Source: a virus. From it: 64,000 nucleotides of DNA. Shown piece by piece: positions 9,384 to 17,816 of this stretch. The notes under the pieces were generated by a model, which made no database searches, had not been told where the DNA came from, and saw nothing but the letters and a program-made list of their open reading frames with translations. Location: the IMG/VR virus record IMGVR_UViG_3300050160_000070; one strand, 5' to 3'. The stretch's first letter is position 1, and every line of letters begins with the position of its first letter. The translations under genes were made by a program, and so were the position numbers.

Positions 9384-9997
9384 ACATCCGCAACATCCTG
9401 ACGTCTCTCATCCTGGTCACAGCAAGCCTCACGGCGATCGCCGGAGGCCTCGATTCAGACGCTGTTCGTCAAGCTGGCTTCAGCAAACTGTCAGAGGCTG
9501 AAAAGGCTGAAGTGCTGAAGGCCGTCGCGGACAAAGCATCCGTTAAGGATGCTGGCGCGCTTCAAATCGTGGCTGAAGCCGCGGCCAGCGAGCAAAATGC
9601 CAAGAAAGCGGATGCTTGGTTGAATGTTGGTGAGCGGATCGGCAAGATGATCGGTGGTGCAGCCAAGGAAGTTGGGGTTGCTGTCAACGACTTTGTGAAG
9701 ACTCCTGTGGGTATGGTGGCAATGGCTCTGATCGTGTGGAACTACATGGGTGGCGTCATTGTTCACGTGTTTGGTAGTCTGCTCGTTCTGGCTATTGGTC
9801 TCGGATTCGTCCGTTACTTTGCCGCGCGCTATACCGGCACCGTCATCAAATACGATTCGGAAAAGCGTGACATCTTCGGTCGTTCCGTGAAGATCAGCGA
9901 AACACACAATTCGTGGGATGGTGGCGACATCGCTTGGTTCATGATTGCCATCGCTCTTGTCATTATCGCATCTTTGATCACTATGTTCACGTACTAA
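9380..9997 (+). CDS. membrane protein with signal peptide and about 3 TM helices
   Basis: Hydrophobic N-terminus plus three hydrophobic segments; AAGGA SD. Confidence 0.75.
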   Translation: MNIRNILTSLILVTASLTAIAGGLDSDAVRQAGFSKLSEAEKAEVLKAVADKASVKDAGALQIVAEAAASEQNAKKADAWLNVGERIGKMIGGAAKEVGVAVNDFVKTPVGMVAMALIVWNYMGGVIVHVFGSLLVLAIGLGFVRYFAARYTGTVIKYDSEKRDIFGRSVKISETHNSWDGGDIAWFMIAIALVIIASLITMFTY

Positions 9998-10020
9998 GAG
10001 GTGCCCCAGGGGCACCTCTT
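9996..10020 (+). terminator. hairpin after stop (terminator-like, short U-tract)
   Basis: AAGAGGTGCCC-CAG-GGGCACCTCTT. Confidence 0.55.
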
Positions 10021-10043
10021 AGCGTCAACTCAAGAGGATCAAG

Positions 10044-10457
10044 ATGAATACATCGAAGGTAGTCGTCAAACGATCAAAGATTCACGGTCGTGGATTGTTT
10101 GCTGTCGCAGACATCAATCGTGGCAATGTGATCGGATACTACACAGGGCCGCTGTTGACACAACAACAAGTCGCACACTCTTCAAGTGACTGTGTGTATC
10201 TGTGGCAGCTGTCCAATGGGCTGTACATCGATGGGAAGAATGACCTGCGGTACTGCAACCATTCGTGCGATCCTAACGCACACAGCGAAGAAGTGACGCG
10301 TGGCGGTCAGTTGGCAATCATCTTTCGTGCCAGACGACAAATTCTGGCTGGAGAAGAGGTGTACATCGAGTACAACTTGCTGAATGCGGAGCCTGGTGAT
10401 TTGCAGTTGTGTCATTGCGGATCTCCCAAATGTCGCGGGACGATGTTGGCTGAGTAG
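10044..10457 (+). CDS. SET-domain protein lysine methyltransferase with post-SET
   Basis: SKIHGRGLFA, RYCNHSCDPN, GEEVYIEY, CHCGSPKCRG. Confidence 0.9.
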   Translation: MNTSKVVVKRSKIHGRGLFAVADINRGNVIGYYTGPLLTQQQVAHSSSDCVYLWQLSNGLYIDGKNDLRYCNHSCDPNAHSEEVTRGGQLAIIFRARRQILAGEEVYIEYNLLNAEPGDLQLCHCGSPKCRGTMLAE

Positions 10458-10497
10458 AAAAAGGGGTGTTGATCAACACCCCTTTTTCGTTTATAAT
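10458..10497 (+). terminator. 30-bp palindromic bidirectional terminator overlapping a sigma70 promoter
   Basis: AAAAAGGGGTGTTGATCAACACCCCTTTTT (10458-10487); TTGATC(10469)-17-TATAAT(10492). Confidence 0.8.
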
Positions 10498-10526
10498 CAC
10501 CGCATGTTCATTACTACAAAGGCTGT

Positions 10527-11426
10527 ATGAGTTCTTCTATCAAGGCTGCCCTAACTGCCAATGCTTCGATTGCAGTTGCCAAAACGATCGGGGCGTTCTT
10601 CACTGGTTCTGCGTCAATGGCCGCTGAAGCCATTCACAGTGCTGCTGACTGTGGCAACCAACTGTTGCTGATGTGGGGCTTCAAGTCGTCTGACCGCGAT
10701 GCTGACACCAATCACCCACTTGGTTACGGCAAAAATGCCTACTTCTGGTCATTCATCGTGGCTCTCGTGCTGTTCACGCTTGGTGGCGTGTACTCAGCAT
10801 ATGAGGGACTGCACAAGATGGCGCACCCCGAACCTCTGAAGTTCGTGGGTTGGGCGGTGGCGATCCTGGCATTCGGCTTTGTGATGGAGCTGCGCTCATT
10901 CCGCATCTGCGTTGCAGAGATTCGTGAGCGACATCCTGGCAAGTCGCTGTGGTGGTGTTTCCGAGAAACGCGTGAGCCTGAACTGTTGATCATCTTCGGT
11001 GAAGACCTGGCAGCTCTGATTGGCCTTGGTCTTGCTGCTGTGTTCCTGCTGATTGCGGCTGCAACCGGGAACCCTTGGTGGGATGCACTCGGCTCCGTTG
11101 TTGTTGGTGTTCTCCTGATGGTTGTTGCAGGTTTCCTGTTCATGGAAACGAAGGCGTTGTTGATCGGCCAAAGTGTCGATCCTCAAACTCGCCGAACGCT
11201 TCGCCAGCTGTTGGTGGACAGTGATCTGATTGAGCATACCTATCAGATGATCACAATGCAAATGGGTCGCGATGCTGTTCTGTTGTTGCGCGTTCGAATG
11301 CGAGAACGTGACCACGTCGAACAACTGCTGGCTGACATCAATGAGCTCGAACGCCAAATCATCACTGAACTGCCTCAGTTCACAGAGATTTTCATCGAGC
11401 CGGACAACCAATTCGTCGACTTTTAA
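10527..11426 (+). CDS. cation diffusion facilitator (CDF) family transporter
   Basis: SASMAAEAIHSAADCGNQ, GYGKNAYFWS, EDLAAL, DALGS; about 6 TM segments plus cytoplasmic C-terminal domain. Confidence 0.88.
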   Translation: MSSSIKAALTANASIAVAKTIGAFFTGSASMAAEAIHSAADCGNQLLLMWGFKSSDRDADTNHPLGYGKNAYFWSFIVALVLFTLGGVYSAYEGLHKMAHPEPLKFVGWAVAILAFGFVMELRSFRICVAEIRERHPGKSLWWCFRETREPELLIIFGEDLAALIGLGLAAVFLLIAAATGNPWWDALGSVVVGVLLMVVAGFLFMETKALLIGQSVDPQTRRTLRQLLVDSDLIEHTYQMITMQMGRDAVLLLRVRMRERDHVEQLLADINELERQIITELPQFTEIFIEPDNQFVDF

Positions 11427-11431
11427 CCCTG

Positions 11432-11465
11432 TTGACGATCAACCGGTGATGAGATATCGTCACCG
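11432..11465 (+). promoter_or_regulatory. sigma70-type promoter in hairpin
   Basis: TTGACG-17-TATCGT; arms CGGTGATGA/TCGTCACCG. Confidence 0.55.
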
Positions 11466-11521
11466 TATTGATTTCTAACGACCCATCCCGCGGTTGATCC
11501 GCAACTAGACAAAGGATTGCA

Positions 11522-12604
11522 ATGACCAAGTTCGTGCGCGACAATGAGAATTTCTACGTTTCGTCGCAATCTCCAGAGAATCTGCTGGATCGCCTGCCTG
11601 CTGGCAACTACACCATCGGCAAGAACCCGATGACTGGTCAGCTGTTCCTGCAACGAGTCGACTCGTTCAAGCAACCCGGCAAGCTGTACGGCAATGTGAT
11701 GGCTCGCGCACAGCGGATCATGAACACGTTCGACGATCGTCCTGGCACCACTGGCGTGCTGCTGAACGGCGAGAAGGGCAGTGGCAAGACCCAACTGGCT
11801 CGCGTGATCAGCCTGGAAGCTGAAAAGATCGGCATGCCGACCATCATCATCAACGGCCCGTGGACCGGCGATGCGTTCAACGCCCTGCTGCAGTCGATCG
11901 ACCAGCCGTGCGTCGTGTTCCTGGACGAGTTCGAAAAGGTGTACGACAACGACGACCAAGAGGCTGTGCTGACGCTGCTGGACGGCACGTTCACCAGCAA
12001 GAAGCTGTTCCTGTTCACCGTGAACGACAAGTACAAGGTCAACCAGCACATGCGCAACCGCCCTGGCCGCATCTTCTACATGCTGGACTTCTATGGCCTG
12101 TCGACCGACTTCATCGTCGAGTACTGCAACGACACGCTCAACAACAAGGACCACATCACCGCGATCACCCGCGTTGCGATGCTGTTTGAACAGTTTAACT
12201 TCGACATGCTGAAGGCGCTGGTGGAGGAACTGAACCGCTACGGTGAGGATCCGTACACCGCTCTGGAGATGCTGAACGCCAAGCCGACCAACCGTGACGG
12301 CGGTACGTACGACATCAAGCTGAAGCACGAAGGCAAGGACATCGAGTCGTTCTACCCGGACCACTGGGATTCCAGCCCGCTGACCCATCGTCAGCCGACC
12401 TTCAGCCTGACTCATTACATCTCCAATCCGGATCCGGATGTGGACGACGAAGAGAAGCACGCTGAATTCAAGCTGACCGATCTGAAGAAGATCGACGCTG
12501 ACGCTGGCACGTACGAATTCGTCAACGAACGCGGTGACGTGGCTGTGTTCACTCGCCGCAAGGTGAAGGAATTCAGCTACCGCGACCTGGACTACGCGTT
12601 CTGA
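11522..12604 (+). CDS. AAA+ ATPase
   Basis: Walker A GEKGSGKT, Walker B VVFLDEFEK, RPGR arginine-finger region. Confidence 0.9.
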   Translation: MTKFVRDNENFYVSSQSPENLLDRLPAGNYTIGKNPMTGQLFLQRVDSFKQPGKLYGNVMARAQRIMNTFDDRPGTTGVLLNGEKGSGKTQLARVISLEAEKIGMPTIIINGPWTGDAFNALLQSIDQPCVVFLDEFEKVYDNDDQEAVLTLLDGTFTSKKLFLFTVNDKYKVNQHMRNRPGRIFYMLDFYGLSTDFIVEYCNDTLNNKDHITAITRVAMLFEQFNFDMLKALVEELNRYGEDPYTALEMLNAKPTNRDGGTYDIKLKHEGKDIESFYPDHWDSSPLTHRQPTFSLTHYISNPDPDVDDEEKHAEFKLTDLKKIDADAGTYEFVNERGDVAVFTRRKVKEFSYRDLDYAF

Positions 12605-12608
12605 TAAT

Positions 12609-12632
12609 CAGGAGGGCCTTCGGGCCCTCCTG
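12609..12632 (+). terminator. UUCG hairpin after stop
   Basis: CAGGAGGGCC-TTCG-GGCCCTCCTG; no U-tract. Confidence 0.6.
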
Positions 12633-12648
12633 TACAGGGAGATCCACA

Positions 12649-12867
12649 ATGGACATTCATCAACTCGAACGACTAATGCGACAGACTGGTACGGTTGGTA
12701 ACGCAGCCGATCTGTTACCGCTAGCTACAGAGGTTGAGGCTTCCGTGCGCAATGAACTGTGCATCAAGCTAGCCAACGCCTTCGAGGGCCTAGCCACTCG
12801 CTTCACCCGCTACGACCCTGCTGTTGGTGCGTTACTGTGGCAAGCTGTGGCTGATCTGAGGAAGTAA
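12649..12867 (+). CDS. hypothetical protein
   Basis: GGGAG SD. Confidence 0.65.
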   Translation: MDIHQLERLMRQTGTVGNAADLLPLATEVEASVRNELCIKLANAFEGLATRFTRYDPAVGALLWQAVADLRK

Positions 12868-12869
12868 CT

Positions 12870-13106
12870 ATGACCTTGGCTATCAAAGACATCAAGGAAG
12901 GCGACACATTCTACGAATGTGAGTACGGCGCCAACGATGAGTACATCGCCCTCGAAAACGCCAGTCGAATTGACGACGACACAATGGTTGGCTGGCAGGT
13001 GATGGGTAAGCATACAGAAACTGGTGCGGAAGTCCAGTTCTTTGCGTCTGACCTGTACGGTGGCGCTTACGGACCCAAGCTGTACTGGCAACCTGCATAT
13101 TACTAA
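12870..13106 (+). CDS. hypothetical protein
   Basis: GAGGA SD. Confidence 0.7.
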   Translation: MTLAIKDIKEGDTFYECEYGANDEYIALENASRIDDDTMVGWQVMGKHTETGAEVQFFASDLYGGAYGPKLYWQPAYY

Positions 13107-13115
13107 GGACCGAGA

Positions 13116-13571
13116 ATGCTGAGCGTTGAATATACGCAGTATTGCACCCACGATTACCACTCCGGCAACCGGTTTGGTGATTGGGAGACACGCTACCAAT
13201 TTAGCGTGACTGGGGTTGTTGCTGGTTATACTCCCAAAATCAATGAACAATTTGCGCTTGGCATCGATGTCCAGCCCGGAGAAATCGTTCATGTGTTGTC
13301 AATGGAGTGGTCTGACGGTGACTCGTTTGGCCGTGCGTACGGCAAAGGAGAGGTGATGTGGGTGTTCCGAGACATCGAGCTCGGCATGGCCGCTAGGCAA
13401 AGCATTGAGACTGCTTGCCGTCATAATAATGGCTCACACACATTCTCCTTCACTTCTGACGATGGGCGAACCATTCAGCTGAATAATCCGGCGTATGGCT
13501 ATTTTGAACATCTTGAGTGTGTGTCACTACAGCCGTTCATCGTCCGAGCCGGATCTGACCCGTTGAATTAA
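13116..13571 (+). CDS. hypothetical protein
   Basis: AAGGA SD; 151 aa. Confidence 0.75.
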   Translation: MLSVEYTQYCTHDYHSGNRFGDWETRYQFSVTGVVAGYTPKINEQFALGIDVQPGEIVHVLSMEWSDGDSFGRAYGKGEVMWVFRDIELGMAARQSIETACRHNNGSHTFSFTSDDGRTIQLNNPAYGYFEHLECVSLQPFIVRAGSDPLN

Positions 13572-13591
13572 ATAGGGGAAGAGATTATAGT
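13563..13591 (+). promoter_or_regulatory. promoter for the large ncRNA (sigma70 type, with nested TAAATA late box)
   Basis: TTGAAT(13563)-17-TATAGT(13586); TAAATA at 13569-13574. Confidence 0.7.
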
Positions 13592-13597
13592 GGAGTT

Positions 13598-14125
13598 GTT
13601 GTTGATTTGCTGACGTCGAAAGACGCTTCCGGGCGTAGAAGCAACCAGAGTTATGACTGGTTGTGGAGTTTGGATTCTAAGCAGATCATCAAAAGTGGAG
13701 AAAGCGTGTAGGTACCGTTTGATACGGGCTCGAAATCCGTCCAATGGCCATAACGAAGAGTGCTGGCAGGTAGCTTAACGGTAAAAGCAATAACGATACC
13801 AATCGCGTTAGAGTGTGGTAGTGGTGAATTGACGGATCGCCCCCGTCCGTATTGCTGAGCGGTATATCCCGCGTCGGTGGACGTTTAAGAATCTGGTCGC
13901 ACCAGGCCACAACACACACCAGTATCCATAGGTAGCCGTGAAATCTTGAAATCACGGAGGTCCAATACACAACAGTTGTGAGCTCTTGTTGTGGTGTTAA
14001 GGGCAAGCCAAAACTCTCTAGACGCTGCGTGAATGCCCATGCATGCGAGACGGACTAAATCTGGACGGCACTTGTCCGACCTTAGTGCTGGAGAGCACTC
14101 GCAGGCTGGAGCGCGACTTTTGATA
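13598..14125 (+). ncRNA. large structured ncRNA, ROOL-like, domains possibly circularly permuted
   Basis: Own promoter and terminator, no credible + strand ORF, at least 10 hairpins. Motifs GACTGGTTG, TACCGTTTGATACGGGCTCGAAATCCGT, CATAACGAA, GTAGTGGTGAATT, GCGGTATA, GTGGACGT and TTAAGGGCAAGCCAA match my recollection of ROOL sequences (not computed). Confidence 0.7.
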
Positions 14126-14166
14126 GGAAACCCGGGATTACACGCCAATCCCGGGTTTCCTTGTTT
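14126..14166 (+). terminator. strong intrinsic terminator closing the ncRNA
   Basis: GGAAACCCGGGATT-ACACGCC-AATCCCGGGTTTCC (14 bp perfect) followed by TTGTTT. Confidence 0.8.
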
Positions 14167-14311
14167 GCTGATCTTTGATCGCAGCACCACACTCTTCGCA
14201 ATGTTTGATGTGACGCTCGTGGTTACAAATAGCAATTCGTCCAGTTATCAATAACAGGAGCCATACAATCATGGCTCCCCAAAGAACAGCGAGTGAAACA
14301 CCAATAGCCAT
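14138..14311 (-). CDS. 57-aa single-TM protein with His/Cys-rich tail (below ORF-track cutoff)
   Basis: MAIGVSLAVLWGAMIVWLLLLITGRIAICNHERHIKHCEECGAAIKDQQTRKPGIGV; GGAGG SD. Confidence 0.65.
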   Translation of the reverse strand: MAIGVSLAVLWGAMIVWLLLLITGRIAICNHERHIKHCEECGAAIKDQQTRKPGIGV

Positions 14312-14339
14312 GACGTCTCTCCTCCCGGTGGTTTCGTAT

Positions 14340-15029
14340 TTACTGCTTAACCGGACCGACAGACTTATTCAGCTGTTCTTGGTACACGTCATTAGCTAGT
14401 TTAACCGTTTCCAAACGAACAGCATCTGTCATTTCAGTGGAGAGCTGTTTGTCGGTAAATATAATCACGTATCCGCGGAAGTCACCGTAATATGGAGGTA
14501 ATCCAACTAGGCAGAACGTTTTCAAATGAGACGTCAGGGCTGGAACAACTCGAGCCATTAACGTGTCTGACATAGCACCACACCCAAACTCGCCGTTGAT
14601 CACGCTTACCATTCTTGCGTTGTTCGCAACATTGCTGGAGAAGATTGTTTGTGAAGACCCAAGTTGTTTTCGAACTTCCTCTAACAACTGGGTAACGGCG
14701 GGAGTCTTGCTGTAGTAGAACACAGGAAACCGCTGATTCGTCCGAAGATCAGCAGAAATTACACCCGTTACTACAATATCTGTGGATTGGTCAGTCATTT
14801 CTTTTATTCGCTGCTTCATCTTATCAGAAACAGTTACCGCTGACACAACTGGGCCAGCGTCTGTTTTAACGAATAGTTCGAACACAGTGCTCCGGTGCTC
14901 AAATAACGTAATCCCCGCAGTGCCAAGCACAGCAGCGGAAAAGACTGTAACCACTCTTTTGAAGCTAACCCAGTCAAGCAGCTTTGGTACAATGGTGGTA
15001 ATCTTCGACAATTCCATACAATTCCTCAT
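14340..15029 (-). CDS. N-terminally anchored membrane protein, paralog of 15026-15763 (T4 holin T-like architecture)
   Basis: One TM near the N-terminus then a soluble domain; shares ..SVINGEFGC..CLVGLPPYYGDFRG.. with its neighbour. Confidence 0.7.
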   Translation of the reverse strand: MRNCMELSKITTIVPKLLDWVSFKRVVTVFSAAVLGTAGITLFEHRSTVFELFVKTDAGPVVSAVTVSDKMKQRIKEMTDQSTDIVVTGVISADLRTNQRFPVFYYSKTPAVTQLLEEVRKQLGSSQTIFSSNVANNARMVSVINGEFGCGAMSDTLMARVVPALTSHLKTFCLVGLPPYYGDFRGYVIIFTDKQLSTEMTDAVRLETVKLANDVYQEQLNKSVGPVKQ

Positions 15030-15763
15030 TTAGTTTTATGCAACACATCACGCAGATACATTTCCACAGCAATGCGTGACGCTTCGATTCTTAAAGCATC
15101 GACTTCAGATTTGGTTGGATTGGTGGTAAGCCCGAACGTCAACATACCAACAAACCGTCCGTAAAACGGCGGAATAGCAATCCGACAAACAACCGGATAT
15201 TTCTCACTTAATGACGGAAAAAGACGATTGTACAAAGTGTCTTGATACCTTGTACAATCAAACTCGTTGTTTAGTACGGCAACCATCTGTTGTGTGTTTT
15301 TTGGGTCATAGTCAAACATGGCCTGCGGGAGAACGGATGACAATTGTTGCGAGATTTCAGACGATGTTGTTTCGTCGTCAATGTACCAGTACCTGGGGGT
15401 TTTCTTGTTCCGCTTGAGATCAACTTCAGACACTATGGCTATACCAACCAGATTGTTCTGGCGAATGAAATCATTGATAGTCTTTTTAGACTCAGCAGAC
15501 ACGGACCATGGTGCGATTTCGTCTGGCTGTGAGATGGTACTAATAGCAGCGTCAAACAACCGATCTCGGTTTTCAAACGCGACTAACGCAACAGACAATA
15601 GAACACCAAACAACACAACTGTTAGCATGCGTTGCAGAGTCAATTTGTCCGTAATGTATTGAAGATATTCAAACCAATCAAGTAAAGATTTTGGTTCGTT
15701 CGGAACGCTTCCTTTAGTTGGTTCAGTATCGTCAGCAATAAGGGTTTTGTTGGGATGAAACAT
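15026..15763 (-). CDS. N-terminally anchored membrane protein, paralog of 14340-15029 (T4 holin T-like architecture)
   Basis: TM helix then ..AVLNNEFDC..CRIAIPPFYGRFVG..; the holin assignment is inference. Confidence 0.7.
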   Translation of the reverse strand: MFHPNKTLIADDTEPTKGSVPNEPKSLLDWFEYLQYITDKLTLQRMLTVVLFGVLLSVALVAFENRDRLFDAAISTISQPDEIAPWSVSAESKKTINDFIRQNNLVGIAIVSEVDLKRNKKTPRYWYIDDETTSSEISQQLSSVLPQAMFDYDPKNTQQMVAVLNNEFDCTRYQDTLYNRLFPSLSEKYPVVCRIAIPPFYGRFVGMLTFGLTTNPTKSEVDALRIEASRIAVEMYLRDVLHKTK

Positions 15764-15773
15764 TGGAGGTACT

Positions 15774-16646
15774 TCACTTGTTGAGAGTCACCTCTGCCCA
15801 CTTCGGATGGCCCCACTGTTGTAGAGTCTTTTGATTCGATTGCACGCATGTTAAGAGACTGTCTACTGCTGGTTTGGGAACATCGCCGGCAGCGATGATG
15901 GAGGATTGTACATTTCTGATTATGATGTGCTGTTCCAACCATGGGTACGTACCAGCGGAGATTGTAGCAGATTGATATTCTGTGTCTAAGCGTTTGTCGT
16001 TAAGTGGGAGCAGCTCTGCGTATTGTTTCACAACCGTCCCAAGTTCGGTGAGTATGGGTATGGGGGCACCACCAACAATCACCACGCCGTCAATATTTCC
16101 GGCCAGAACAGCTATAATTGATTCTTCTGTGGGTCGCTCAACACTTAGCCACCTAGCGTTGATCAGCGTATCAATTCGGTGTGCGGTGTGCCACACACCT
16201 GCACCTGGCACGCCAATTGAAATACGTTTACCCTTAAGGTCTTTTAGAGAACGAATGTTTGATCGTTTATTGACCAGCAAGTACACATCGTCGTGATACA
16301 ACGGCGCAACTGTTTGCACTAACCCTGCTAGTCCTCTGCCCTTAAAAGCATATGCCATTGTATCGTTTTGCACAAAGGCAAAACGATACCCAGTCAATAA
16401 CACTGGGGGTTGAACCAATTGCGTGATGTTGTCAAAAGAGCCCTGAGTCGGTATAATTTGAATATCTAGGTGTGAACATGCCCTTTGGATATCCTCACCG
16501 ATGCGCGTATTTGTATTTTTCAGTGAACCAGTAAAAATCGTGTACTTTGGTCGAGCCTGCACCGATCCAACACCACTGGCTGCTGCAGTAGTGGCAATAC
16601 ACAGACATGCAACGGCGACTTTGGAAATAAACGATATTAATGACAT
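15774..16646 (-). CDS. TAXI-family TRAP transporter solute-binding protein
   Basis: Signal peptide; TQGSFDNI, FAFVQND, LYHDDVYLLV, SLKDLKGKRISIGVPGAG. Confidence 0.85.
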   Translation of the reverse strand: MSLISFISKVAVACLCIATTAAASGVGSVQARPKYTIFTGSLKNTNTRIGEDIQRACSHLDIQIIPTQGSFDNITQLVQPPVLLTGYRFAFVQNDTMAYAFKGRGLAGLVQTVAPLYHDDVYLLVNKRSNIRSLKDLKGKRISIGVPGAGVWHTAHRIDTLINARWLSVERPTEESIIAVLAGNIDGVVIVGGAPIPILTELGTVVKQYAELLPLNDKRLDTEYQSATISAGTYPWLEQHIIIRNVQSSIIAAGDVPKPAVDSLLTCVQSNQKTLQQWGHPKWAEVTLNK

Positions 16647-16678
16647 ATTTGTGTTATTGGGAAGCTAACAAGCTCCCC

Positions 16679-16684
16679 TATTTA
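16679..16684 (-). promoter_or_regulatory. T4-late-like TAAATA box
   Basis: Minus-strand TAAATA about 33 nt upstream of the TAXI start. Confidence 0.5.
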
Positions 16685-16700
16685 CGAAAGAGGTGGCAAA

Positions 16701-17537
16701 ATGCCCCTGCAAACAACAAAATTAAAGGTACAACACCTCCCCGCAAACACTGAAGGCCGCGACTTTGTTGTCGGTGACTTACATGGGTGCCTGGAGGATC
16801 TGCTAATTGCTCTCAAGGCCGTTGATTTCAATGAGGAAATCGACCGGCTGTTTGCGGTTGGTGACTTGATTGATCGCGGCCCTTATAGCAAGGAATGTGC
16901 TCAGCTGATCTATCAGACGTGGTTCTATTCTGTTCGCGGCAACCACGAACAGATGATGATTGATTGCCTTCTGCATGACCAGGATCCACAGATGTGGATG
17001 ATAAATGGCGGATTGTGGTACTATAACGAAGATCCCAGCGCCATGAAGTCACTGGCTTATGAGCTCGATCACCTACCAATCGTGATCGTTGTCGGTGAGG
17101 GGACCGATCGCTTCAACATCGTTCATGCTGAATTCGCCTCTGTGAACTTCCAAACTGGTCGAAAGATCAAGATGACGGACACAATGATCAGCCACGGTGC
17201 CTACTCAGACTATGATGTCAACCAAATGCTATGGGGACGCACTCTGATTAGCAACGGCCGTGAAAAGATTGAAGACGTTCGTCCTGATGAATTGTGGCAC
17301 GATCTCGACAAAATGTCTCTGACGTTCTGCGGCCATACTCCTGTTCGGTACCCAGTGCAGTGTCAACAGCAAATGTACCTCGACAACGGCGCTGTCTATC
17401 ACCACACAAGTGCAAACAAGAGCGAGGCAAACCAGCTCGTTCTCGCCTGCCCAACAACAAAGCAGGTGTATGCGTACAACATGCTGTGGAAGACGATGTC
17501 AACAATTCCTTTTGATCAGCTGCAGAAGATGGGATAA
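16701..17537 (+). CDS. Ser/Thr protein phosphatase-like metallophosphoesterase (lambda NinI/PphA-like)
   Basis: GDLHG, GDLIDRG, RGNHE, GHT motifs. Confidence 0.9.
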   Translation: MPLQTTKLKVQHLPANTEGRDFVVGDLHGCLEDLLIALKAVDFNEEIDRLFAVGDLIDRGPYSKECAQLIYQTWFYSVRGNHEQMMIDCLLHDQDPQMWMINGGLWYYNEDPSAMKSLAYELDHLPIVIVVGEGTDRFNIVHAEFASVNFQTGRKIKMTDTMISHGAYSDYDVNQMLWGRTLISNGREKIEDVRPDELWHDLDKMSLTFCGHTPVRYPVQCQQQMYLDNGAVYHHTSANKSEANQLVLACPTTKQVYAYNMLWKTMSTIPFDQLQKMG

Positions 17538-17540
17538 ATA

Positions 17541-17756
17541 GTGGCTATGATAACACAGCCAATCAATCATCCTCTATCTGTTGGGCAACTTGTTCGTGCA
17601 AACCGGCCAAGTTGCCCATGTAAAGCTGCAAAACTGATCCCCGTATTTGGCCGGATCGGCAAAGTGATAAGCAACAACAGCGGTCATTGGTACTACCTGT
17701 CTGATGCTGGAGTCACTGTCAAGGGCGAATGGATTACGGAAGTGGTCCCCGGTTGA
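17541..17756 (+). CDS. small hypothetical protein
   Basis: Follows TAAATA at 17535. Confidence 0.6.
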   Translation: MAMITQPINHPLSVGQLVRANRPSCPCKAAKLIPVFGRIGKVISNNSGHWYYLSDAGVTVKGEWITEVVPG

Positions 17757-17816
17757 CGTCTAATACGTTTTGCGGATATACTACGCTTCATCCGCAAACT
17801 ATAAAGGGATCACATC

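Noticed and set aside
13689-14254. ORFs 13689-14006 (-), 13885-14235 (-) and 14033-14254 (+) over the large RNA
   Set aside because: No SD, atypical composition, and they overlap a structured unit with its own promoter and terminator.
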